In this document: in pieces, positions 39,318 to 49,504 of the stretch
Numbering within the stretch: position 1 is the stretch's first letter
How the letters are laid out: every line of letters starts with the position of its first letter
DNA from: Octopus sinensis
Taxonomy: Eukaryota
Reading direction: 5' to 3'
DNA length: 49,504 nucleotides
Assembly (NCBI RefSeq): GCF_006345805.1
Contig: NW_021834382.1
Coordinates: forward strand, 1 to 49,504
Made by a program: the position numbers and the translations under genes
Notes under the pieces: generated by a model
Databases searched by the model: none
Seen by the model: the letters and a program-made list of their open reading frames with translations, nothing else
What the model was told of the DNA's origin: nothing

Positions 39318-39920
39318 AAAGGTGGTGCCGTGGCAGAATTGTTAGTACGCTGGATAACATTCTTAGCAGCATTTCGTCTATCTTCATGTTCTGAGTTCAA
39401 ATACAACCGGGGTTGGCTCTGCCTTTCTCTCTTTTGCTTGTTTTAGTCATTTGACTGTGGCCATGCTGGAACACCGCCTTTAGTCGAGCAAATCGACCCT
39501 AGGACTTATTCTTTGTAAGCTTAGTACGTATTCTATCGGCCCCTTTTGCCGAACCGCTATGTCAAAGGGACGTAAACACAACAGCATCGGTTGTCAAGCG
39601 ATGTTGTGGGGATAGACAAATAAACATATACACACAGACATACATGTATACGAAGAGCCTCTTTCAATTTCCGTCTACCAAATCCACTCACAAGGCTTTG
39701 GTAGACGGAATTTGAAAGAGGCGCGTCGTATACATGTATGTAGATAGACTTACCCAAGGTGCCATGCAGTGGACTGAACCCGGAACCATGTGTTTGGTAA
39801 GCAAGCTACTTACCACGCAGCCACTCCCGCGCCTAAATCAAATATCAATTGAGCACTGGGGTCGATGTAATCGACTTACCCAACTCCTAAAATTGCTGGA
39901 CTTGTGCCGAAAATTGAAAC
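39318..39920. mobile_element. Family B SINE (-, 39430-39833) nested inside a family A SINE (+, head 39318-39428, tail 39840-39920)
   Basis: A head aaggtggtgccgtggcagaattgttagtac and A tail ctggggtcgatgtaatcgacttaccc flank a complete reverse B copy. Confidence 0.8.
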
Positions 39921-40204
39921 CATTTTTGCACGTGTTATTAAAACTTGGTTTCTTGAATCATTATGCAGTGTTTTAATTGCTATTTCTTGCGATTAATTAA
40001 AGCAGCGGGACAATACATGAGTAAAAATATACGAAATTACTTTGAAATATGATAAAGATATGGTACATATTCATGTATTGTCTTGCCATATCAGAACAAG
40101 TGATATATACAAATATTAGTATAAAAAAAAAGGCATACGATATAGTCATATAATCACAGAAAAGCAAGGAAGGTAATTTTGAAGTTACAGTGCTGAAGAC
40201 GTTC

Positions 40205-40425
40205 TTTTTCTTTTACTTGTTTCAGTCATTGGTCTGCGACCCTCCGGAAGCACCGCCTTCAAATGTTTTAGTAATAAAAATCGACCGCAATATTTATTTT
40301 TAAGAGTAGTACATATTATATCGGTCACTTTTGCCGAACAGCAAGATAACGGGAACATAAACAAACCAATACCGTTTCCAAGCGGTGGTGGTAGTGGACA
40401 AACACAGTACAAGGATAAACATACC
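40205..40425 (-). mobile_element. Family B SINE 3' half
   Basis: tttacttgtttcagtcattgg..ggaagcaccgcc..ttttgccgaac. Confidence 0.75.
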
Positions 40426-40430
40426 CACAC

Positions 40431-40570
<140 letters not shown>

Positions 40571-40572
40571 TA

Positions 40573-40872
40573 ACAATCCTTCGGTTACGATGACGAGAGT
40601 TCCAGTTGATCCAATCAACGGAACTACCTACTTTTAAAATTAACATGCAAGTGGCTGATCGTTCCACAGACACGAGTACCGTTCTCCTAGTTCTCAGGGA
40701 GATTCAATGTAGCACACAATATGACAAGGCAGGCCCTTTGAATTCCAATCACTTCTGCCAGCTGAGTTGAGTGGAGTGACCTGAGGTAAAGTGTCTTGCT
40801 CAAGAACAACGCGCCGCCGCGAATCGTACTCACAACCTTGCGAATACGCTAAACACTAAGCCACGTGCTTTC
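40573..40872 (-). mobile_element. Family C SINE
   Basis: ggttacgatgacgagagttccagttgatcc ... aaagtgtcttgctcaagaacaacgc ... aacactaagccacgtgc. Confidence 0.8.
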
Positions 40873-40892
40873 ACTATGTGTGTGTGTGATTG

Positions 40893-40949
<57 letters not shown>

Positions 40950-41444
40950 GCACACACACATACACATGCACACACGCACACAAGCATATATATACTTCGA
41001 TTAGAGGTTATATTGACCTCATGAAGGGATCGTTTCATTCAAGGAAATATTGGTTCAATACCTAGTATTTTGGGGGAATTAATTTCTTTAAAATAATGGG
41101 TACATATATAAAAATATATAGTTTATATTCATATAACGTTTCAAAGAGACCTACTCTATTTTATCTCCAGTCAATCTGTAAACCCCTCGCTCGAACATAT
41201 AACAATGCAAATCATAAATCGTATCATTCAGTATGCTATAATAAATCTAGAAACACATGTAAAACATTGAAGGGTATATCTTTTTCCCTCTGAAGATATT
41301 ATGCTGGGGTTATATAAATTTGATATTTACTGAGTATTAATTGAAACAGCTGTAAGGGACGATGATTAATTTGACGTTAATAATAAACAATTATTAACCT
41401 CCCAATCTCCGTTTTCTTTTTCTCCTCTTGTATATATTTATATA

Positions 41445-41600
41445 TATGCGACGAGCTTCTTCCAATTTCCGCCAACTAAATCCACTCACTCACAAAGCTT
41501 TGGCCAGCAGGGTATATATTAGAAGACACTTGCCCAAGGTGTCGTGCAGTGAGACTGAGCGCAAGGTCCCTATGGTTTCATACAACGCTAAGCCTGCACC
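41445..41600 (-). mobile_element. Degenerate family B SINE head
   Basis: aaatccactcactcacaaagctttgg..agaagacacttgcccaaggtg. Confidence 0.7.
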
Positions 41601-41859
41601 TATATCTGAATGATTTTGCCCAATATCTTTCAGAATATGACGAAATCTTTTATGTAAAAATTAAACTAACACTTAGTATTCATAATTCTTCGTTAGTATT
41701 GGGAGATTTCTCTTTAAATATTCGGAAATATTTTAATAAATGTCGATTGAAGTGTCTGTAAGATCTCACGAGTTCTCATTTTTGTTCAAAATAACAAACT
41801 GCTCCATCTTCTGTCTTCAAGACACAAAAATCTCATCTTCTGAAGCCACTTAGTTATTT

Positions 41860-42502
41860 GCTAGGTATAGAGGAAGGAGTTGTCTCCGAGGCCTTAACAA
41901 GCCTGTGGGACAATTAAAGTGCGTTAACATTGCGTTTAAAGAGTTGTAAGTCAACGATTAAGGAAAAAAGCATGCTCAGTATGGGTATTCTAGGGAGAAA
42001 GGACTGGCTGTAATGCTTAGGATAGTGACTGGTGGATCGACACAATATGAATGAGTAGGGAATTAGTGGATGTTTCACAAGATCTGTCCCTTCCAAGAAA
42101 CGGAGGCCACTGTACTGTTGATAGTACAGAGAACTGATAGCATGTCTGTGGTCAAGATACGCTGGGGCGTATCAGTGACTTCATAGTAATCGACCGAGTT
42201 GGCTTTCTCTAGATGCGGCCTAGAAGGTATGCGTAAGCAACAGCAGTGTCATCCCAAATGTAAAGGTAATGTTCCATAGCGATGTAACATTTGACTTTGT
42301 GGAGAGACGTTCATTGTTGGGATTGAAGTGTTTTCTGGCTCCGAGAGAGAAAAAGGCCGGTCTTTCAGATACAGTGCTACCTATGTTATCATACAGATAT
42401 AACTCCAGTCAGAATAGGATTTGGAACAGCTGGAACATTTGCAAGGATTTTAGTTAAGTGCTGAAGTATTAGTCAAACCTTAGGGTAGATTTTATGCTCC
42501 GA
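41860..42502 (+). mobile_element. Probable 3' end of an unassigned non-LTR retroelement, tailed by (AAT)n
   Basis: GC-richer unique sequence ending ttatgctccg directly into (AAT)n at 42503-42706. Faint LGI..EKACSVWV..KDW similarity to RLE-element C-termini needs frameshifts. Confidence 0.35.
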
Positions 42503-42524
42503 AATAATAATAATAATAATAATG

Positions 42525-42603
<79 letters not shown>

Positions 42604-42608
42604 TGATG

Positions 42609-42683
<75 letters not shown>

Positions 42684-42706
42684 TAATAATAATAATAATA
42701 ATAATA

Positions 42707-43062
42707 AAAAATTGAAATTGAGAAAATGTGGCATCTCAAGGCGGTTACAATACCAGTGATCGTAGGAGCACTAGGAATGATCAAGAAGGGAACCGAAAAT
42801 TATATGAGAATGATCCCTGGCTTACCATCCCTGCAAGAAGTGCAAAAGATTGTCTTAACTGGTACATCACACGTATTGAGAAGAGCATTGTCGATGTGAG
42901 AACTGTTGCTGCTCATGTATTTTAACTTAAAAAAAAAAAATGAACGAACTACTGAGTTTGGTTTAATGGCCTACCAATGTATACTATGAGTTTCTTTGCC
43001 CTAGGAGTCGGGAAGACACTCGGCAAGAAATGATAGCAAATTTGAAAGAAGAAAAAAAAAAG
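42707..43062 (+). mobile_element. 5'-truncated R4/Dong element (RLE C-terminus and 3' UTR) flanked by (AAT)n on both sides
   Basis: KIEIEKMWHLKAVTIPVIVGALGMIKKGTENYMRMIPGLPSLQEVQKIVLTGTSHVLRRALSM-stop. Confidence 0.85.
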
Positions 43063-43078
43063 TAATAATAATAATAAT

Positions 43079-43339
43079 GAGACTGATTCTTCAGTCGAAA
43101 TTAAACGGACGGAAAAGGATCGAAGCTATCAATACCTGGACGGTTTCACTCCTTAGATATGGAGCAGGGGTAATGGCAAGGACAGTAGACGAACTAAACA
43201 GCTTAGACAGAGGAATCTGCTAACTAGATATGGGACACTCCACTCAATAGGTGACACAGATAGACTGTATGTACCAAGAAAAAGAGGGGGTAGAGGACTT
43301 ATTAGTTGCGACACAGCATTATAGCAGAAGAAAACAACA
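43079..43339 (+). mobile_element. R4/Dong RT-thumb fragment, duplicate of 44224-44484
   Basis: RLILQSKLNGRKRIEAINTW..LLRYGAG..DRLYVPRKRGGRGL. About 3 differences from the second copy. Confidence 0.85.
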
Positions 43340-43626
43340 ATAATAATGATAATAATGATAATAATAATAATAATAATGATAATAATAATGATAATAATAA
43401 TAGATAATCAATGATAATAATAATAATAATAATAATGATATAATATTATGATTAATATGATAATAATAATATAATAATAATGATAATAATAAGGATAATA
43501 ATAATAATAATAATAATAATATAATAATAATCATAATAATAATGATAATAATAATAATGATAATGATAATAATAATAATGATAATAATAATAATGATAAT
43601 ACTAATGATAATAATAATATAATAAT

Positions 43627-43660
<34 letters not shown>

Positions 43661-43808
43661 ATAATGAAATGATAATGATAATAATAATAAATAATCAATG
43701 ATAAATAATTAATAATAATAATAATAATAATGATAATAATATAATGATAATAATAATAATAATAATGATATAATAACAATAATAATAATAATAATAAGAA
43801 TGATAATA

Positions 43809-43839
<31 letters not shown>

Positions 43840-43851
43840 TAATAAATAATA

Positions 43852-43883
<32 letters not shown>

Positions 43884-44003
43884 TTAATTAATAATAATAA
43901 TAATAATATAATAATAATAATTAAATAATAAGAACAATAATATATATAATAATTAATATAATAATAATAATAAATATCTAATAATAATAATGATAATAAT
44001 AAC

Positions 44004-44051
<48 letters not shown>

Positions 44052-44073
44052 CTAATAATAATAAAATAATAAT

Positions 44074-44114
<41 letters not shown>

Positions 44115-44136
44115 TAATAATATAATAATAATAATA

Positions 44137-44168
<32 letters not shown>

Positions 44169-44223
44169 GATAATAATAAAATACATAATAATAATAATAA
44201 TAATAATAACTAATAATAATAAT
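43339..44223. repeat. About 880-bp degenerate (AAT/GAT)n array
   Basis: Directly visible, with many single-base phase slips. Confidence 0.95.
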
Positions 44224-44814
44224 GAGACTGATTCTTCGGTCGAAATTAAACGGACGGAATAGGATCGAAGCTATCAATACCTGGACGGTTTCACTCCTTA
44301 GATATGGAGCAGGGGTAATGGCAAGGACAGTAGACGAACTAAACAGCTTAGACAGAGGAATCTGCTAACTAGATATGGGACACTCCACTCAATAGGTGAC
44401 ACAGACAGACTGTATGTACCAAGAAAAAGAGGGGGTAGAGGACTTATTAGTTGCGACACAGCATTATAGCAGAAGAAAACAACATTGCATGGTATGTAAA
44501 AATGCCACAGAACCGCTATTACGTTGACAGATATGTCATGTTAGCTTGGGAAGTTAAGCAGTTTTGGTCGATGAAAATGGTTGCAGTAGTACCAATAATT
44601 GTGGGAGTCCTGGGAATAGTGAGCAAAAATATCGAGAAATACGTGGAAGAAATACGGGCTGCAATAAGGGTGGAGCACTTGCAGAAAACAGCACTGCTTG
44701 GAAACGCCCGAATACTCCGGAAGGTGCTCGAAAACTAAGGGGTGTAACCTTAGTTCACTGGTATGAACAGCTGACACCGCAGTACATCTCCAGCGTTAAA
44801 AGCTGTGCAAAGGC
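44224..44814 (+). mobile_element. 5'-truncated and internally deleted R4/Dong element with 3' UTR, flanked by (AAT)n
   Basis: Thumb region joins near 44521 to VDRY.MLAWEVKQFWSMKMVAVVPIIVGVLG..HLQKTALLGNARILRKVLEN-stop (44738). The UTR ends at aaggc followed by aataat. Confidence 0.85.
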
Positions 44815-44873
<59 letters not shown>

Positions 44874-45040
44874 TAATAATTAATAATAATAATGATGTTG
44901 ATGATGTTGATGATGATGATGATGATTGTAATTATAATGTTAATTGTCTTTGTATCGTTCCAGTTTTAGTATATTTACTACCAAAGCAAGTACAATAATG
45001 ATGATGATGGCGGCGGCGGCGGTGGAGGTGGTGGTGGTGG

Positions 45041-46173
45041 TAATACCCATCCTGAAATGGACACGAGCAGAGATTGACCAATTCGATCGCATACAACATG
45101 AAATACAATGACATTGCATGGTATCTTCCACCCTAAGGTGAACATACACAGGCTCTACACGAAAAGGTGTAAAGGTGGACGTGGGCTGATTAGAGTACGG
45201 TAGTGCATCAATAGTGAAGAAGAAACATGGCAGAGTATTTGGTAAATAGTCAACAAAACATGCTACAGTATACTGCTAATGCAGAAAGATTTACCAAAAA
45301 TGGACTTGAGTGCTGATCAACTCCGATCATGAATACCTAACGAGAGAAAAGAAACTCTACTCCGCATGGAATTACATGGTCAATTCCACCGTGAAACAAA
45401 TAACTTAAAAGAACAAGAAGCATCGTGGGGATAACTCAGCATGGATGATCTAAAAAAAGAAGATAGAAAGCCTTATTATCGCTGCCTGGGATCAAGCATG
45501 AAATAACAACTCAGTGAAAAAGATATATACTACGTGGGAAGAGAGTGGAAAGCGTGACTCACGTGATTAGTGCTTGTGAAAGTTTTGCACAGAAAGAGTA
45601 GAAGCGCAAACACGACAAGTTAGAGCAGAATCTTTACTGGCTGCTATGCCAGGAGTCTGGATATGAGGTAACGGCTACTTGGTACCAATATACATGGGAA
45701 AAGGTGAAGGCAAACATTCTCTGGGACTTTGACTTTCAGACAGACAATGTGTCTGGAAGGCCGGACATAGTAAGCTTTATGAGGAACAAGCAAGAGTGTC
45801 TAATAATCGACGTGGCAATGCCAGAAGATCAACATATTATCATGAAAGAAAGAGAAAAGATCGATAAATGTGGAGACCTGAGAATTGAGATCGCTAACAT
45901 GTGGCGGCTACGTGAGTCAAATATAAAGGTTGTCCCTATTGTCACCCGAGTATTGGGTTCAATACCACCCAACCTGAAGAAACATCTGGAAACTTTAGAA
46001 ATACCCTATACTCTAGATGTATTGCAAAAACCGGCATTTTACGCACATTGCGTAAAAGTACGTAAAAGTAGGGTCTGTCTGAGGTCCTTGTGACTTGACA
46101 GACAGTACAAACGCCAGGTAGACACAATATCTTGAATCAACAACCTCACGATATTGTATACTGTACGACTTCT
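45041..46173 (+). mobile_element. 5'-truncated, decayed R4/Dong element (thumb, LHG motif, RLE, 3' UTR)
   Basis: LKWTRAEIDQFDR, HRLYTKRCKGGRGL, ELHGQFHRET, THVISACE, KANILWDFDFQTD..GRPDIV..CLIIDVAMPED..EREKIDK..VVPIV..LGSIP. Followed by (ATG)n and (AAT)n. Confidence 0.88.
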
Positions 46174-46194
46174 ATGATGACGATGATGATGATG

Positions 46195-46259
<65 letters not shown>

Positions 46260-46505
46260 CCTTAAACAACCCTTATTCAGGGACCTTTCGAGTGGGATGG
46301 GTTACTCGACCTGAAGAAAATTCTAACTGGGCCCCACCTGCAAGGTCATGTGCTGTTTATTGATATGAGATCACCATGTCGCGCACATATGGTTTGTGAT
46401 GCATGTGCTAGTGTACCCTTATCAGACGGGTAGTCATGATGGGTATACTGGGCTTCGTATATTTACCCCAGTGTCACTTTGATGGCATGCACTGCTCTCT
46501 CACTC
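46260..46505 (+). mobile_element. 246-bp unassigned repeat module, probably a retroelement 3' end, flanked by (AAT)n on both sides
   Basis: GC-rich block between two pure AAT tracts, ending ctctcactc-aataataat. No diagnostic protein motif. Confidence 0.5.
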
Positions 46506-46585
<80 letters not shown>

Positions 46586-46586
<1 letters not shown>

Positions 46587-48376
46587 TATAAAATATCCCA
46601 TGAATAAATAGCAAACAGTGCTGCAGATGAAAGAATTCATGAAGACTAAAGCCATTTACATTAGTAGAGGAATATTTCAAAGACACTTGTTCTCTCCACT
46701 CCTTTTCTGCTTGGCATTGGCGCCTTTAACTGACATGCTAAACAGAAATGGATATCGATGCAACAACTGAGGTAATAAAAGCATCCGTCTCTTGAACGTG
46801 GATGATTTAAAACTGTTTGCTACAAATGATAAAACAACTGGAAACATTACTACAGACAATGCATGGATTTACCAAAGAAACATGAAATTCGGCTTAGAAG
46901 AATGTGCCAAAGCAACCTTGAAAAGAGGAAAACCAGTTAAGAGTAACAATATCACACTAGATAAATCAAATAAGAGGATTAGACCAAAACTAAACATACA
47001 GATACTTAAGAATCAATGAACTATATACGGTACAACGCACACAAATGAAAGAGAAGTTAAGGAAGGAATAATATAGACGAGTTTCAGTTTGGATACTTAA
47101 GACACAGCTCAATGTGAAAAACCAGATAATTAGTATCAACACTCTAGATGTCCTAGTTATAAGTTACAGTTACAATATTCTTAATTGTACTCTAAATGAG
47201 CTAACCAAACTAGACAGGAAAACAAGAAAAATAATGACAAAATTTAGGATGCACCACCAAAAATCTGACATAGAAAGGTTATATAAACGACCTGATGGTG
47301 GCCGAGTCCTTATACAACTAGCAAACTATTATAGAATAACCACCATGGGATTACAGAAATATCTAATTCTGAGGCAAGGAAAACTGGTACAAATAACCGC
47401 AAAACACGAGCAAAACAAAATAACTGTTTTCAGTCTGTAAGGAAGCTGAAAAATACAAGGAAGAAGCCATAGTACCTAACAACTATGAAGAAAATTAACA
47501 ACAAAATCTGTAAAACAACTGAAATCCAAACTGAAACTGGAGTAATAAAATACCATGATAAAACGAGGACAAGAAAAGCCCTTGCATGGCAAAAACCGGG
47601 ATGAGCTACACAAAAAAGAAATGACAAAGTAAAATCCCAATAATGGTCGAGAAGCTGACGACTCAAAGCAGAGACTGAAGGATTTTTAATTGCAGTACAA
47701 GGTTAAAACCTCTCTACCAGAAACCACCAGACACACATAAAGAAGAAAAATACAACTGTAGAATATGTGGTGATGGGGAAGAAATAATAATTCATATTGT
47801 CTCTGGCTTCCCAGTACTGGCTAAGAAAGAATATATTCACAGAAATGATAGAGTTGAAACATACATACAATGGGAGCTATTCCAACACAATGAATGACAA
47901 CAGAAAATGGATGGTATAGGCACATACTAGAAAATGTCTCAGGGAATGTCAAATCATCCATACTCTGGGATATGCTAATATACACAGATAGCGAAATCAA
48001 GACTAACAGACCGGATATAATTTCCTTCTAATCGATGTATCAGTTCCAACAGAAAGAAACGGAGAAACTCTCAAAATACAAAGATCTAGAAATAAGGATA
48101 GCCCGAATGTGCATCCTGAAAGCAGAAACAATCCCTATAATGATAGGTGCATTAGGTATAATTAAAAAACATTCAGACAAATACATAACCAGAACACCAG
48201 GACTAACGAATATATATAGCATACAAAACATAGCATTACTAGGCACCGCAAACATCCTACGTAAAGCACTTTCAATACAGTGAAAGTAAAAGCATCACAA
48301 GAAATCACAACACATAGCCAACGCTCACAGAACTGCGCTCGGTAGTGCAGTGAAAGAACGTGATGAAAATAAGATA
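46586..48376 (+). mobile_element. 5'-truncated, decayed R4/Dong element (RT core, thumb, CCHC, RLE, 3' UTR) flanked by (AAT)n
   Basis: RGIFQ-D..SPLLFCLALAPL, VDDLKLFA, MKFGLEECA, SDIERLYKR..GGR.L, QEKPLHGK, AETEGFLIA, CRICG..E.IIHIVSG, ILWD, NRPDI, IDVSVP, KETEKLSKYKDLEI..IPIMIGALG..LLGTANILRKAL-stop (48283). Confidence 0.92.
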
Positions 48377-48444
<68 letters not shown>

Positions 48445-48462
48445 CAACAATAATAATAATAA

Positions 48463-49504
48463 CACCGGGGACGTTTAAGATGTAAGAACGATAAAACAGA
48501 GCTCCGAAATCTATCCACAAACATCGAAAACAAAGACATCGTATGGAGCCAAAAATTTACTAACAAAGGATTGGACTATATCCGAGTAAGTAATACTCAT
48601 TGAAATTTATTACTATTTTCGAAACGAAATAAGGTATTTTAACTCGATATCATCTCCACCTCTAACACAACACATGTAAACATGCGTGGAGATTACGATC
48701 CATCAACACCAGATCATCCCCGACCCCAAACACCATGTACAAAAAAACTACGAAGAAATTAAATAACACCGATATTATTCAACCCAAGAATAACAATCGG
48801 GAGGTACGTACTTTAAACTTACAACACAAAATGTACGAAAAACTACACGTGTAAAACAATGTGACAACAGAAATGAACGGACCGGTACCCTACGAAAATG
48901 ACGACCCTCAAAATAATGGGCCGGACGTTGTTCCTCATGTCCCGCAAATAAAACCCAAAAGACATAAATGGACACGTGAGGAATACATTTCTATCCTACA
49001 CGCATACTTCACAGCAGTGCTCTACCCAAAAAATGAAAAACACAACACACATACATTAAATATGGAAGGAAAATAACATAAATATAGACTTGGATACAGC
49101 AATGAACCCTAATAAACTAGCTAACGTACAAAGATACATTCTGAACGCAAAAAAATATCAGAAATAGAAATAGAACATCTAAAAGAAAAAATAGACCAGG
49201 AAAATGTAGATAGAAGCCAAACAAAAATGCCCAATAATATAAACACTGAAACAGTAAAACACGAAGACAAACATAACATTCCCAACAAACACGATGTAAA
49301 CAAAAAACAACAAACCCAGACCGTAAGGATGCATAATAATACACGACAAACAGCAAGCCAAAACACAACAAACATATACATGAGAAAGAAAGCGACACAA
49401 ATCTAAAACCTGGAAACAACGAAGGGGAGCCTAATGATTATGATAATATGAAAAGTAAAATAATCAAAGAACTGAAAACCACAGAGCTCAAAATGGACCA
49501 CCGA
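48463..49504 (+). mobile_element. 5' end (UTR and N-terminal ORF) of an apparently full-length R4/Dong element, continuing past the window
   Basis: Starts right after (AAT/AAC)n. N-terminal KRHKWTREEY..ILHAYF, then with frameshifts IWKEN..MNPNKLANVQRYIL..KISEIEIEHLKEKI, matching the R4-clade N-terminal motif as I recall it. Confidence 0.7.

Noticed and set aside
42503-48462. Telomeric or subtelomeric interpretation of the retrotransposon array
   Set aside because: No TTAGGG or TTAGG repeats. The spacers are AAT and ordinary interspersed repeats lie upstream.
48463-48530. HDV-like ribozyme at the R4/Dong 5' end
   Set aside because: Only a possible 5-bp stem is visible. No P1/P1.1/P2/P3/P4 topology could be drawn, so it is left as a check and not called.

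Overview
Very AT-rich, microsatellite-dense animal genomic DNA. It is most likely octopus/coleoid, inferred from SINE families I recognise from memory and not verified by search. I find no intact protein-coding gene: almost all ORF-track entries are translated microsatellites or decayed transposon pieces, and only weak exon candidates remain. The window contains at least three tRNA-derived SINE families (about 25 copies or fragments) and a 5'-truncated Chapaev3-like (CMC) DNA transposon. It also holds an internally deleted Helitron with both termini, a full-length dead mariner, two mariner-derived MITEs (one a fold-back), a MITE with an 8-bp target-site duplication (TSD), and a CR1/L2-type fragment. 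The strongest signal is microsatellite-targeted retrotransposition. A Tx1/L1-clade LINE sits in a (GATA)n tract with a 20-bp TSD. From about 41.9 kb to the window end, R4/Dong-type RLE retrotransposons of several subfamilies form a head-to-tail, same-strand array separated by (AAT)n tracts. One SINE family stacks in the same AAT repeats in the opposite polarity. Most boundaries are read by eye and are approximate to about 10-20 bp unless termini or TSDs are quoted.
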